In this document: piece by piece, positions 51,583 to 61,578 of the stretch | How the letters are laid out: the number at the start of each line of letters is the position of its first letter | How positions within the stretch are numbered: the first letter of the stretch is position 1 | Origin: an uncultured Gammaproteobacteria bacterium | GTDB lineage: Bacteria > Patescibacteriota > Patescibacteriia > Patescibacteriales > WJLG01 | Reading direction: 5' to 3' | DNA: 64,000 nt | Assembly: GCA_964395625.1 (NCBI GenBank) | Contig: CAYNAR010000001.1 | Span: 19-64,018 of the forward strand | The notes under the pieces: generated by a model | Told to the model about the DNA's origin: nothing | The model's input: the letters and a program-made list of their open reading frames with translations, nothing else | The model's database searches: none | Translations under genes and position numbers: made by a program

Positions 51583-52839
51583 ATGAAAGATGAACTAATA
51601 GCAGGTTTGGACATCGGTTCTGTCGAGGCGAGGATAGTCGTCGGGCAAAGAGTCGAGGGTAGTAATAGAATACAGATAATCGGTGCCACCGACATAGCTT
51701 CTGATGGTATGAATAGAGGTGTGGTCAAGAGCATTGACGATGCCACTTCTTGTATTTCCGCCCTCTTGGAAAAGGCCGAAAGATTGATAGGTGTTCCGGT
51801 GTCGGATATCTTTTTAAGTATTAGCGACCCATATATAAAATGTGAGAGGAGTAAGGGGGTTGTCGCCGTCGGAAAGGCCAATGGAGAAATAAGTGCCGAT
51901 GAGGTCGAGAGGGCTATAGAGGCGGCCAGAGCGCTCAATGTCCCACCTAATTATGAGATACTTCATGTGATACCTATTAAATATAAAGTGGATAATCAAG
52001 AGGATGTTCGCGATCCGGTGGGCATGAGTGGTATAAGGCTCGAAGTCGAAGCCTTAATAATACAAGGTATGTCCAGTCAGGTTAAAAATTTGACTAAGGC
52101 GGTATATCGCACAGGTCTTAATATAAATGATTTGGTTTTAGCTCCGATGGCTCTTGCGGAAGCGGTTTTAACCCCCAAACAAAAGGATCTTGGCGTGGCC
52201 GCTATCGGTTTGGGTGCCTCTACCACGACAATGGCGGTTTATGAGGAGGGGAAGCTTATTCATTCCGCCGTGATACCTATAGGCTCTGAACACATCACTT
52301 CCGATATCGCGATAGGATTGCGTTGCCCTATAAATTTAGCTGAAAGGATTAAAGTCGAGTATGGCAATGCTGATCCTGAGAATTTTGACGAAAAGGACGT
52401 TGTCGATCTAACCGAATTGGCTAAGGAGGAGGGTGTCGATGGTGAAGTGGAGACTATTGAAGCCAGATATCTTGCCGAAATAATTCAAGCTAGGGTCGAG
52501 GAGATATTCGAGAAAGTCGATGAGGAGTTTAAGAAGATCGATCGTAGCGGTCTTTTGCCCGCTGGTGTGGTATTGGCTGGTGGTGGTGCTAAATTAGCCG
52601 GTCTTTGCGATGTGGCTAAAGCAAGTTTGAGACTTCCTGCCGTGATAGGATCTTGTCGTAATGCCGACTTGGTATTCGACAAGGTGAACGACCTTAAATA
52701 TTTGACAGCTCTGGGGTTGGTGGTTTGGGGAAATTCTGTGGCCACCCGGAAGGGTAATGGTCTCTTGGGTGGTGTTGGGGGGATATTCGGTAATATTTTT
52801 GAAAAAGCCAAGGGTATTTTTTCAAAATTCACTCCATAA
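51583..52839 (+). CDS. ftsA: Cell division protein FtsA
   Basis: 418 aa. GLDIGS start, SHS2 insert, actin-like motifs, and a C-terminal amphipathic tail (GIFGNIFEKAKGIFSKF). Confidence 0.9.
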   Translation: MKDELIAGLDIGSVEARIVVGQRVEGSNRIQIIGATDIASDGMNRGVVKSIDDATSCISALLEKAERLIGVPVSDIFLSISDPYIKCERSKGVVAVGKANGEISADEVERAIEAARALNVPPNYEILHVIPIKYKVDNQEDVRDPVGMSGIRLEVEALIIQGMSSQVKNLTKAVYRTGLNINDLVLAPMALAEAVLTPKQKDLGVAAIGLGASTTTMAVYEEGKLIHSAVIPIGSEHITSDIAIGLRCPINLAERIKVEYGNADPENFDEKDVVDLTELAKEEGVDGEVETIEARYLAEIIQARVEEIFEKVDEEFKKIDRSGLLPAGVVLAGGGAKLAGLCDVAKASLRLPAVIGSCRNADLVFDKVNDLKYLTALGLVVWGNSVATRKGNGLLGGVGGIFGNIFEKAKGIFSKFTP

Positions 52840-52923
52840 GGAAGAGTCTTGAATTATTGGGCTTTATGGGATAGGATAAGAACGGAAGTTATAAAATTTC
52901 AAAAAAGAGGGTAATAAAAATTT

Positions 52924-54156
52924 ATGGCTGAAATAAAACCAACAGCTGAAACATTTGCCAAAATCAAAGTGGTAGGTATTGGAGGCGGAGGAGGAAGCGC
53001 TATTTTAAGGATGGTTGAAAAAGGTATTCGTGGCGTTGAATTCGTGGCTATCAATACAGATGTTCAGGCTCTTCATTATAATAAAGCCGGGGAGAAGTTG
53101 CATATCGGTCGCTCCGTTACCAGGGGTCTTGGTGCCGGCATGAATCCAGATCTTGGCAGGCAAGCTGCTGAAGAGTCTCAGAACGAGATTAGAGATATTT
53201 TAAAGGGGTCCGACATGGTTTTTATAACAGCCGGTCTTGGTGGAGGCACTGGAACTGGTGGTGCTCCTGTTGTGGCTGAAATAGCTCGTGACCTCGGTGC
53301 TTTGACTGTCGCTATTGTTACTAAGCCATTCTCTTTTGAAGGGGGGCAGAGGAAGTCTATAGCAGAGCGCGGTTTTGCTGAATTGGCTGATAAGGTTGAT
53401 ACGATAATTACAATTAATAATGACAAACTTTTACAGTTAATCGATAAGAAGACTTCTTTGCTCGATGCCTTTATCACTGCCGATGATGTCTTGCGCCAAG
53501 GCGTTCAAGGCATAGCGGAGGTAATAACCATCCCTGGAATAATAAATGTTGACTTCGCCGATGTTAAGGCTGTCATGTCCAATGCCGGTTCGGCTTTAAT
53601 GGGTATAGGAACGGCCACTGGAGAGAATAGGGCTATAGAGGCCGCTAAGTCGGCTGTCAATTCGACATTATTGGATATGTCCATCGACGGTGCTCGCGGA
53701 ATAGTCTTTACCATCACTGGTGGACCATCGTTGAGCATGAGTGAAGTCAACGACGCCGCGAAGCTGATAACCGCTTCGGCCGATTCCGATGCCAAGATAA
53801 TATTCGGAGCCGTTATCGACGAAAAACTTAAAGATGAAATAAAGATAACAGTTGTCGCCACCGGATTCGATGGAGATAATAATGATCTTAAGGCCCGCCC
53901 GAATAGAGCCTATACGCCAAATCAATTCATCGAACAGGCGGCTATTAAAAAGGAAGACCCATCTCCGGCTCCTGTAAAAAATTCTTGGTTCGGCAATAAT
54001 AATGCGATAAAGAATAAGGCCGAGGTTCTTGCCTCCGAAATGCCAAAAAAACCGAAAGTTTCACCAATAAGAATGGTTCAACAAGAGGTTTTACCGGATG
54101 AGAATGAAGATGGAGAGCTCGGAATACCGGCGTTTATTAGAAAAAAAATGAAATAG
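52924..54156 (+). CDS. ftsZ: Cell division protein FtsZ
   Basis: 410 aa. Tubulin signature GGGTGTGGAPVVAEIA, the NTD motif, and a conserved C-terminal peptide (GIPAFIRKK). Confidence 0.95.
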   Translation: MAEIKPTAETFAKIKVVGIGGGGGSAILRMVEKGIRGVEFVAINTDVQALHYNKAGEKLHIGRSVTRGLGAGMNPDLGRQAAEESQNEIRDILKGSDMVFITAGLGGGTGTGGAPVVAEIARDLGALTVAIVTKPFSFEGGQRKSIAERGFAELADKVDTIITINNDKLLQLIDKKTSLLDAFITADDVLRQGVQGIAEVITIPGIINVDFADVKAVMSNAGSALMGIGTATGENRAIEAAKSAVNSTLLDMSIDGARGIVFTITGGPSLSMSEVNDAAKLITASADSDAKIIFGAVIDEKLKDEIKITVVATGFDGDNNDLKARPNRAYTPNQFIEQAAIKKEDPSPAPVKNSWFGNNNAIKNKAEVLASEMPKKPKVSPIRMVQQEVLPDENEDGELGIPAFIRKKMK

Positions 54157-54163
54157 TTTATAT

Positions 54164-54199
54164 AAAAAAAGAACTTCCCAACAAGGAAGTTCTTTTTTT
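54164..54199. terminator. Bidirectional terminator between convergent genes
   Basis: gaacttcc / ggaagttc stem flanked by A7 and T7. Confidence 0.85.
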
Positions 54200-54223
54200 A
54201 TACTTTCAAAAGACAGGTATTTT

Positions 54224-55204
54224 TTAGAACGAGAATGACAGGAAGGATTTTAATGAGGATTCTTTTTTGACTTGTTGTTTGACTTTTAGTTGTTTTTTTC
54301 CTGTAAAAATTTGATAAGCGTCCTCGACCGAGTAATCATATAGGGATATGGCTGAGATGGCATTGGCCATTCGTACGGCCTCGTCTAGCGGGCGTTGGTA
54401 GATGTTACGTCCGATGGCAACACCGCTTGTCTCTGAAATATGTCTTTGATTATGAATTTGTTGGAGGAATTTTTTTTCTGGCATTTTGCTTCCGCCTATG
54501 CAAATTACGCCAGTCCTTCCGGCAGCGAGAGTTACCTCGCGGAATTTTTTAGCCGTTTCTATTGTTGGCGATTTGTATGGATAGGCTATTTTGACGAAAT
54601 CAGCGCCAAGGCACACGGCTACTCCGGCGCCTCCGGCTAGAAGATGTAAATCCTCTTCGTTCTTAACGGATTTTCCTCGTGCGTACATCCATATCACAGC
54701 TAGTAATCCTTCTTGATGGGCTTTGTATACGATACGAGCTGCTTGGCCAAATGATTCGGATTCGTAAGAGCTTCCTATATATACGGTATATCCTACACCA
54801 ACTATGTTTAAACCAGAATTCTTTTTAAAGTTTATTATGTCCGCCATTGGCAACCAGCGGTTGGAGAACGGGTCTCGATCTTCGCGTCTTATGAGATTTG
54901 TTTTTGAATTTGCTTTTATGAGTAATGGAATGTTGTCGCAGATATCGGAATATTTCGATATTAAACCTGTCTGAGCGGCCATAACGCCTATGTGGGCTCT
55001 TTTTGCTATTTCAAAATAGTGCTTCGGATCGGCGACTTCTTTTGGTATTCCTTCACCGTAAAAATCATCGTTCAAATGTTCTACTTTTTGGTCACAGGCA
55101 AACATCATTAGATTCCCCGTGCCATGAGTTGCTATTTCCCAGTTTTTTAAGTATTCAGCCTGTTTGGCTTTTGGAACGTCGGCTGGGATGTGAGTTTTTG
55201 GCAT
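54224..55204 (-). CDS. fbaB: Class I fructose-bisphosphate aldolase, DhnA/FbaB (archaeal-type) family
   Basis: 326 aa. Collinear with FbaB-type aldolases as I recall them (MFACDQKVEH; LIKANSKT; TVYIGS; AVIWMYARG; Schiff-base Lys context GADFVKIAYP; IGGSK; GVAIGRNIYQ). Confidence 0.75.
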   Translation of the reverse strand: MPKTHIPADVPKAKQAEYLKNWEIATHGTGNLMMFACDQKVEHLNDDFYGEGIPKEVADPKHYFEIAKRAHIGVMAAQTGLISKYSDICDNIPLLIKANSKTNLIRREDRDPFSNRWLPMADIINFKKNSGLNIVGVGYTVYIGSSYESESFGQAARIVYKAHQEGLLAVIWMYARGKSVKNEEDLHLLAGGAGVAVCLGADFVKIAYPYKSPTIETAKKFREVTLAAGRTGVICIGGSKMPEKKFLQQIHNQRHISETSGVAIGRNIYQRPLDEAVRMANAISAISLYDYSVEDAYQIFTGKKQLKVKQQVKKESSLKSFLSFSF

Positions 55205-55271
55205 AAGTTGTCCGATATGTTAATATATTGATATAGGGATTATAACATATTTTTTTTCACTCGCCAAATTT

Positions 55272-56864
55272 ATGAAGATAGTCAAACCAGTTGTTTTGGT
55301 CATTCTTGATGGTTGGGGCGATTGGGATATGGAAAAGGGAAATCCAGTCAAAAAAGCCTATTTGCCTACCATAGATCGCTTGAATGATCATTACCCGAAA
55401 ACTTATTTGCAGGCCTCTGGATTATCGGTTGGTCTCCCTTGGGGGGTGAGGGGTAATTCCGAAGTCGGACATCAGACGATAGGGTCTGGTCAAATTATAT
55501 TTCAATATTTGCCAACTATAGCCGCTGCCATCAGTGACGGCTCTTTTTTTAAGAACAAACAATTTCTCTCGGCATTCGATTGGGTAAGACAGAATAATTC
55601 CGATTTGCATATTTTCGGACTTCTTTCCGATGGTGCGGTGCATTCTCATATAGAGCATTTGTTTGCCTTTTTGGAGATGGCAAAAAGCAATAATGTAAGG
55701 GAGGTGTTCATTCATGCCGTTTCTGACGGTCGCGACACACATCCGCAAAGCGTTCATAATTTTTTGGCTATGTTAAAGAAGAAGACGCAAGAGATAGGCA
55801 TTGGTAGATTGGCCACCATTAGCGGACGTCTTTACACGATGGATAGAAACAATAATTGGGATAGGGTTAAAAAGGCGTTTTTGGCCATGACGGCGGGAGA
55901 AGGGATTAAGGCCACTACAACCGAAGAGGCTGTCGATAGTCAATATGCCAAAGGCGTCTTCGATGAGTACTTAGAGCCGGTCGTGATGGTCTCGGAGGAT
56001 GGTCGCCCGATAGGCGCTATAAAGGATAATGATGCCGTAGTTTGTTTTAATTTTCGCAAGGACCGTGCTCGTCAAATAACAAAAGCCTTTGTAGCCGAAG
56101 ATTTCCCGGAGTTCAGTGATATTACAAGACCTAAGAATTTAAAAGTGGTATGTTTTGCTCAGTATGAAGAAGGGCTACCGGTCGACGTGGCTTTTTCACC
56201 GCAAGATATAAGCGTTAGGCTTGGAGAGGTTCTATCCAAGAATTGGAAAAGACAGCTCCGCATAGCTGAGACCGAGAAATATGCCCATGTCACTTACTTT
56301 TTTAACGGTGGAGTCGAGCAACCTTACTTTTATGAAGATAGGGTATTAGTTCCCTCTAAAAACGTAAACTCCTATGCCGAGGCTCCGGAAATGAGTGCTA
56401 ACGAGGTGACTGAAAAACTACTCGATGCCATAAACAATCATAGTTACGATTTTATTTTGGTCAACTATGCAAATTCCGACATGGTTGGTCATACTGGTAA
56501 CTACAAGGCGGCAATCAAGGCCTTGGAGGTGGTGGACTTTTGTCTCGAAAAGGTCATAGATGCCGTAATAAAGAAGAATGGATGCCTGCTTGTTACCGCC
56601 GATCATGGTAATGTCGAGGAGATGGTGAATATATATAATGGTGAACCGGATACACAACACTCCAAAAATCCTGTCCCGTGTTGGTATGTCGCGCTCGATA
56701 GCTTTAAGAGTAGGAAGGCTGTCGAAAGAAGGAAGATAGAAGCCGAGGGGTTGCTTATAGATTTAGCCCCTACCATACTCGAGTTGCTTGGGTTGGAAAA
56801 GCCGGCTGCGATGATAGGACGGAGTTTGATGGGGCAATTCAAGAGTCAGTTCGAAGAAGAGTAG
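55272..56864 (+). CDS. gpmI: 2,3-bisphosphoglycerate-independent phosphoglycerate mutase
   Basis: 530 aa. VVLVILDGWG, GNSEVGHQTIGSG, DGRDT and TADHGN motifs. Confidence 0.9.
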   Translation: MKIVKPVVLVILDGWGDWDMEKGNPVKKAYLPTIDRLNDHYPKTYLQASGLSVGLPWGVRGNSEVGHQTIGSGQIIFQYLPTIAAAISDGSFFKNKQFLSAFDWVRQNNSDLHIFGLLSDGAVHSHIEHLFAFLEMAKSNNVREVFIHAVSDGRDTHPQSVHNFLAMLKKKTQEIGIGRLATISGRLYTMDRNNNWDRVKKAFLAMTAGEGIKATTTEEAVDSQYAKGVFDEYLEPVVMVSEDGRPIGAIKDNDAVVCFNFRKDRARQITKAFVAEDFPEFSDITRPKNLKVVCFAQYEEGLPVDVAFSPQDISVRLGEVLSKNWKRQLRIAETEKYAHVTYFFNGGVEQPYFYEDRVLVPSKNVNSYAEAPEMSANEVTEKLLDAINNHSYDFILVNYANSDMVGHTGNYKAAIKALEVVDFCLEKVIDAVIKKNGCLLVTADHGNVEEMVNIYNGEPDTQHSKNPVPCWYVALDSFKSRKAVERRKIEAEGLLIDLAPTILELLGLEKPAAMIGRSLMGQFKSQFEEE

Positions 56865-56879
56865 AGTTGTTTGGCGGTT

Positions 56880-56915
56880 AAAAAACAACCACCTATTTAA
56901 GTGGTTGTTTTTTTG
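56880..56915. terminator. Bidirectional terminator between convergent genes
   Basis: aacaaccac / gtggttgtt 9-bp stem flanked by an A-run and T7. Confidence 0.85.
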
Positions 56916-56922
56916 TTGTTTG

Positions 56923-57099
56923 CTATTCTTCGACGAAGATAGCTTCTACTGGGCATTGATCGGCGGCTGAGAGTGCGCAATCTTTGTTTTCACCGATCAC
57001 TTCCGATTTCCCTTCGGCGTTAAGCTTGAAGGTGTCAGGGCAGACCTCGGTGCAACGCCCGCATCCTATGCATTTATTGTGGTCAACTTTGATAACCAT
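56923..57099 (-). CDS. Small single-cluster ferredoxin
   Basis: My own translation of the minus strand: MVIKVDHNKCIGCGRCTEVCPDTFKLNAEGKSEVIGENKDCALSAADQCPVEAIFVEE (58 aa). CxxCxxCxxxCP...C...CP pattern. Absent from the ORF track because it is under 60 aa. Confidence 0.8.
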   Translation of the reverse strand: MVIKVDHNKCIGCGRCTEVCPDTFKLNAEGKSEVIGENKDCALSAADQCPVEAIFVEE

Positions 57100-57255
57100 T
57101 GTTTTGAGTTTAATTTATTGACACTAGAATTATAGCATACATAGCGTTAAATTTGAATACTTTTATAAATCTTTTGAATAGGAGGGTAAAGATTATTTTG
57201 TTTTATATGATATTTTAAGGCTTACTTTAGTTAAAAAATAAGATATTGAGACGGC

Positions 57256-57283
57256 TTGACATTTTTAGTATTTATGATATTAT
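57256..57283 (+). promoter_or_regulatory. Sigma70 promoter for the rplJL operon
   Basis: TTGACA (57256-57261), 16-nt spacer, TGaTATTAT (-10 at 57278-57283). Confidence 0.7.
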
Positions 57284-57291
57284 ATGGATAA

Positions 57292-57408
57292 ATCAAGCCA
57301 TAGACAGTAGGCGACGAGGTAAAACCTCCAATAAGACCTGCCGAGGCAAAAAAGAACGACTTTCGTTTTTATTTGTAATCTGTGGTTTTAGGGCCAGAGA
57401 TTTTTTTT
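57292..57408 (+). promoter_or_regulatory. Ribosomal protein L10 leader (autoregulatory rplJ 5' UTR) with terminator-like hairpins
   Basis: GACAGUAGG...GAGGU-AAA-ACCUC...CCUGCCGAGG resembles the conserved L10-leader core (GUAGG/CCUGC helix followed by CGAGG). It is followed by aacga/tcgtt plus a T-run and tctgtgg/ccagaga plus T8. Confidence 0.6.
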
Positions 57409-57483
57409 ATGCATTATAAATTGCGAATGATGTCTATGTGTTTTGATTCGTAGCTTATAATTCATAATTCATAATTTAATATT

Positions 57484-58011
57484 ATGCCAAAAACAAAAGA
57501 GCAGAAAAAGGCGATTTTGGGTGAATTGTCTGAAAAGGCATCTCGCGCTAAATCCGTCGTTTTCACTAAGTTCGAGAAGTTGAATGTGGCTGAAAGCGAG
57601 GCCTTGCGCCGTCGTTTGAAGGCCGAGGGCAGTGAATATTTCGTTGCCAAGAAGACTTTGCTCAATTTGGCCTTTAAAGAGACTCATCCGGAAGTTTCCC
57701 TAGGTGAACTAGATGGAAAAGTCGCTGCCGTCTTCGGCTTCAATGACGAAGTGGCTCCGGCTAAAGTAGTGGATGATTTCAAAAAAGGCTTGGAAGAGGA
57801 GAGGATCTTCTTCTTGGGCGGTATCCTTGAGAATCGCTTCATCTCCAAAATGGATGTTGAAAGCTTGGCCAAGCTCCCTTCTAAACAGGAACTTTTGTCC
57901 AAGTTGGTCGGTTCGTTGAACGCTCCGGCTTCCGGATTCGTCAACGTCTTGGCCGGCAATTTGCGCGGTTTAGTCTGTGCTTTGAAGGCGATTGGAGAGA
58001 AAAAAGCTTAA
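57484..58011 (+). CDS. rplJ: 50S ribosomal protein L10
   Basis: 175 aa. Typical L10 N-terminus and position upstream of rplL. Confidence 0.9.
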   Translation: MPKTKEQKKAILGELSEKASRAKSVVFTKFEKLNVAESEALRRRLKAEGSEYFVAKKTLLNLAFKETHPEVSLGELDGKVAAVFGFNDEVAPAKVVDDFKKGLEEERIFFLGGILENRFISKMDVESLAKLPSKQELLSKLVGSLNAPASGFVNVLAGNLRGLVCALKAIGEKKA

Positions 58012-58092
58012 GTAAGATTAATTAATTTATAAAAATAAATAACTCAAGCCCATGTTTCACATTTCGTGTTTCACGAGGCTTGAAATAAAACT

Positions 58093-58494
58093 ATGGAAGA
58101 GCAAAAGAAAATCGAGGTTCCGGCCAAATTCGAGAAATTGGTCAAGGAGATCGAAACTATGAGCGTTTTGGACTTGGCTGAATTGGTCAAGGTTTTGGAG
58201 GAGAAGTTCGGTGTTTCCGCTTCCGCTCCAGTTATGGCTGTCGCCGCTGCCGGTGCTGCCGCTCCTGCTGAAGAAGCTAAGGATTCTTTCGATGTCGAAT
58301 TGACCGATGCCGGTGCTAACAAGATCAACGTCATTAAGGCTGTCAGAGCCATCAACCCAGCTTTAGGCTTGAAGGAAGCTAAGGATTTGGTCGACGGTGC
58401 TCCGAAGGTCGTCAAGGAAGGCGCTAAGAAGGAAGAGGCCGAGACTATCAAGAAGCAGTTGGAAGAGGCTGGTGCCAAGGTCACTTTGAAGTAA
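58093..58494 (+). CDS. rplL: 50S ribosomal protein L7/L12
   Basis: 133 aa. Ala-rich hinge. C-terminal KINVIKAVR...[37 protein letters not shown]. Confidence 0.95.
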   Translation: MEEQKKIEVPAKFEKLVKEIETMSVLDLAELVKVLEEKFGVSASAPVMAVAAAGAAAPAEEAKDSFDVELTDAGANKINVIKAVRAINPALGLKEAKDLVDGAPKVVKEGAKKEEAETIKKQLEEAGAKVTLK

Positions 58495-58506
58495 TATCTT
58501 CACAAT

Positions 58507-58549
58507 AAAAAAAATACCGCGCCGTTATCTCGGTGCGGTATTTTTTTTA
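58507..58549. terminator. Bidirectional terminator between convergent genes
   Basis: ataccgcgccg / cggtgcggtat stem flanked by A8 and T8. Confidence 0.85.
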
Positions 58550-60799
58550 TTTGGAGAATTTAGCTTGGTAGATGCTTTGTTTTGATAGCGCGTAAATCAC
58601 TCCCTTGCTATCATCTGCTGCGAAATCGATAACTTCTTCCAGATCGGAGAATACGTATTGTCCCTTGAAAGAGCCTTGTTGATCGAAGATCGCGACTCTT
58701 TTTCGGGACGGCTCGAATATGAAGATGTGGTCTTGCCCGACGGATATCTTGGAGGCGTCATCTATTGGCGGGTCTATCTGATTTATTGAAAGGTTTTCCT
58801 TTTGTCCTTTGAGGTATTTTTCGATAGCTCCATTTTTCTTTAATACATAGATATTGCCATCGATAAATATGTTGCGCGCATCTGAGAGGTCGGCATTGGC
58901 GTTGAGCCATTTTTCCGGAGAGTTGAAGTCGTTCTCGCCTCTATTGTAGCGGAGAATTTGTCCGCCACGCCTATCCACTAAGTAGAGCCTTTTCCCATAG
59001 GCTGCGATTCCGCCAATCTCTTCCGGTGCTTGCGTGATAGCTAGTTTTTTAAAGGATCCGTCTCCTCCTATTATGACTACCGATTTGCCATCAAGATAGA
59101 AAATTCCTTCCTCCGATGATGCTGGGCTTATCATCTCTCCGACTTCGCCGAGATTTCGCGAGGCGGTTACGATATTCTCCTTCAAGTCGACTTGATATAT
59201 GGTTTTTTCGTTTGCCGAGGCCGCTAACAGTTTTTCATTGGCCAAGATTAGGTTGTCTGGGCTTGCGGCTTGGTCTAGGTTACTGAAGTCGGCTATTTTT
59301 TCAGGGGAAGAAATCACGGAGACTTTTCTAATTTTTTCTAATTGTTCGACTTGTTTTGCTACGAGTTGTTTGATGTCTTCGCGGTTGTTTTTATCCTCAC
59401 CGGGGATTTTTTCTAGTAGTTCTTCGTTTCTTTTCCATAGATCGCGGGCATCGTTCTCGTTGCCGTATATCAAGGAAGATTCTATTTTGTTTTGATTCCT
59501 GTCTATTTCCGATATTAGAGAGTTGAAGTCTGCGAGTATCTTGTCTTTTTCTTGTCTTTTCTTAGTAAAGTATATATTGGTAGAGGTTCCGGCTATGATT
59601 AAAATCACCAAAACAAGTATCACCCCGGCAATTTTTCTGTTAAAGAACGACCACTTTCCTTTGCCGATAGTCTCTTCACCCGTCTCTATTACCTCTTCTT
59701 GTCTTTTTGGTGATAATATTTTTTTGGCTATTTCGAAAATTTTAAAGGATAGTTGCGATATTTTTTCAAAAGACAGGATGGGTGATCTTTTTTTGAAAAA
59801 GATCTTGTCCATAAAAGAGAAACTTTTGTCGTCTTTCTGGCTGGTTTTGCCTCTGCTTTTTTTCGATGGATTGCCTTTTATCGCTCTACTCAACGCCGTC
59901 CCCAGCCTTTTCATGCTTATCGCACCGGCCGGATTCAGTATGGCTTCCGTCTTCTCTTCGGTCGTGACTATCTCCGGCTTATTGTCCCAGTTCTTTATCT
60001 CGTTCTCCAGTTGTTTTTTTAAGTCTTCGTCGCTTAGCCCGGCCACGGAGGTGTTCTTTATGAGAACTCCGAAGAAGGATGCGTAAGAATTGACTTTTTC
60101 CAGGAGGTTGCGGATTTGTTCCATGGCTCCGGTCGGGGACAGGTGTGTTATTATATCCGTCAATTGTTTCGGCGATATGTATTCGGAAAGGGCCTCGTTG
60201 GCCGCTACGAAGTATCCGCCAGGAGGTATTTTTCCACTCAATACTTCGGCGAATATCTTGTTTATCGTGATGGCTTGATTATCTTCTTCGTCCGCCTTGC
60301 TTATATCGGCTATCTTGTATTCGGTTTTTTCAGTTTTTTCTTCTCGTAATTTTATATTTCTCGCTTGCGTTTTATCTTTGTAGACTAGGAGATTTTTATT
60401 TTTCCCTAAATTGGAGATGTATAGCTCGTTCTTGTGTATCACTCCGACAGTCAAGTTGAAGGAGTAGGGGGTAATCTTTATTTTTTCTCTGGTTAAGAAT
60501 TCCAAGAGGTCTTTGTTGGTTTTAGCCAGAGCCCCTTCAAAGATGCTTTCGACGGATATAGTGTCTATCCTTTCTCTTAAGATGACTTTCTCGTTTTGGT
60601 AATAATTGTGATTGATGTTGTTGATAAGAAAATCTAAAATCTTCGCACCTTCGGATTTTTGCGATTCTATCTCGATCATTATAAAAAGCTTCCCGACCAG
60701 AGCTTCTTTGGCCGTGTCCGGTTGGGCGATAAAAATATCGGCTATGGAATTGTTTTTTTGCCCGCCGTTAAGGATTAGCGAGGCTATTTTGTAGTGCAT
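58547..60799 (-). CDS. Large bitopic protein with a cytoplasmic alpha/beta domain (possibly PP2C-like), one TM helix, and an extracytoplasmic coiled coil plus beta-propeller-like repeats
   Basis: 750 aa. TM helix IAGVILVLVILIIAGTS near residue 400. C-terminal repeated blades (IFYLDGKSVVII, LYLVDRRGGQILRY, IYVLKKNGAIEKY, IFIFEPSRKRVAIFD, IYALSKQSIYQ). The N-terminal domain call is weak. Confidence 0.55.
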   Translation of the reverse strand: MHYKIASLILNGGQKNNSIADIFIAQPDTAKEALVGKLFIMIEIESQKSEGAKILDFLINNINHNYYQNEKVILRERIDTISVESIFEGALAKTNKDLLEFLTREKIKITPYSFNLTVGVIHKNELYISNLGKNKNLLVYKDKTQARNIKLREEKTEKTEYKIADISKADEEDNQAITINKIFAEVLSGKIPPGGYFVAANEALSEYISPKQLTDIITHLSPTGAMEQIRNLLEKVNSYASFFGVLIKNTSVAGLSDEDLKKQLENEIKNWDNKPEIVTTEEKTEAILNPAGAISMKRLGTALSRAIKGNPSKKSRGKTSQKDDKSFSFMDKIFFKKRSPILSFEKISQLSFKIFEIAKKILSPKRQEEVIETGEETIGKGKWSFFNRKIAGVILVLVILIIAGTSTNIYFTKKRQEKDKILADFNSLISEIDRNQNKIESSLIYGNENDARDLWKRNEELLEKIPGEDKNNREDIKQLVAKQVEQLEKIRKVSVISSPEKIADFSNLDQAASPDNLILANEKLLAASANEKTIYQVDLKENIVTASRNLGEVGEMISPASSEEGIFYLDGKSVVIIGGDGSFKKLAITQAPEEIGGIAAYGKRLYLVDRRGGQILRYNRGENDFNSPEKWLNANADLSDARNIFIDGNIYVLKKNGAIEKYLKGQKENLSINQIDPPIDDASKISVGQDHIFIFEPSRKRVAIFDQQGSFKGQYVFSDLEEVIDFAADDSKGVIYALSKQSIYQAKFSK

Positions 60800-60891
60800 T
60801 AAAAAGGGTTGACTGTTTGACGGTCTTTTTACTATTATATTATACTATAAATGAAGCTTTTGGTTAAGGGCTTCTTATTTTAAATAATCAT

Positions 60892-61497
60892 ATGCTTTCC
60901 AGCCTATTTGGTTCAAACGCTAGGGTTAAGATTTTGAAGCAGTTTTTGTTCAATCCGGACGGCAGTTTTTACATCCGCCAATTGGCTAGAGACTTGGATC
61001 TGCAGGTCAATTCCGTTCGTCGTGAATTGGAGAATTTGGAGGAATTCGGCCTATTGAAGTCGGAGACCGGCAATGGCGATTCTACCGGAGATGTGCCGGA
61101 AAAGGCCGCCAAGCAAGAGAAAAAGTACTATCGTGTCAATAAATCGTTTGCTTTATATGAGGATATCAAGGCGTTGGTCGCCAAATCGCAAATACTATAC
61201 AAGGACGACCTTGTCAAGAATATAATCGCTTTGGGTAATGTTAAATTCTTGCTTTTGACAGGTGTTTTTGTGAATAAATTCAATTCTCCGATAGACCTTC
61301 TGATCGTCGGACGTGTGAATAAAGACAAGTTGACCGAAGCTATAAAGGAAATAGAGAGTAATTTAGGCAGGGAGCTCAACTATACCGTCATGGAGGCGAC
61401 TGAATTCAAATACCGTCGCGATATAACGGACATCTTCCTTTATGATATCTTGGAAGGGGAGAAGATTGTCGTGGTTGACGAATTGGGTGTTTTTTAG
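60892..61497 (+). CDS. Winged-helix (ArsR-like) DNA-binding protein with a C-terminal alpha/beta domain
   Basis: 201 aa. ARVKILKQFLFNPDGSFYIRQLARDLDLQVNSVRRELENLEEFGLL is a wHTH pattern. Confidence 0.6.
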   Translation: MLSSLFGSNARVKILKQFLFNPDGSFYIRQLARDLDLQVNSVRRELENLEEFGLLKSETGNGDSTGDVPEKAAKQEKKYYRVNKSFALYEDIKALVAKSQILYKDDLVKNIIALGNVKFLLLTGVFVNKFNSPIDLLIVGRVNKDKLTEAIKEIESNLGRELNYTVMEATEFKYRRDITDIFLYDILEGEKIVVVDELGVF

Positions 61498-61509
61498 TCT
61501 TTTAAAAAA

Positions 61510-61538
61510 TTGAATAAAGTTTTCAAATTTGCTATCAT
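61510..61538 (+). promoter_or_regulatory. Sigma70 promoter for the atp operon
   Basis: TTGAAT (61510-61515), 17-nt spacer, TGcTATCAT (-10 at 61533-61538). Confidence 0.65.
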
Positions 61539-61578
61539 ATAATGTTGAGCAGTTTCATTAGCTAAATGAAAATTGGAT

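Noticed and set aside
39152-54156. Considered whether contiguity of the pilus operon with ftsA-ftsZ reflects a functional system.
   Set aside because: pilD is followed by a 93-nt spacer with promoter-like TATAAT elements before ftsA. The adjacency is most simply explained by compact-genome packing.
58012-58092. An rplJ-rplL spacer hairpin (tcaagcc...ggcttga) containing a duplicated GTTTCAC.
   Set aside because: This is probably just an intercistronic stabilising or processing hairpin, common in rplJL operons. Nothing suggests a distinct element.
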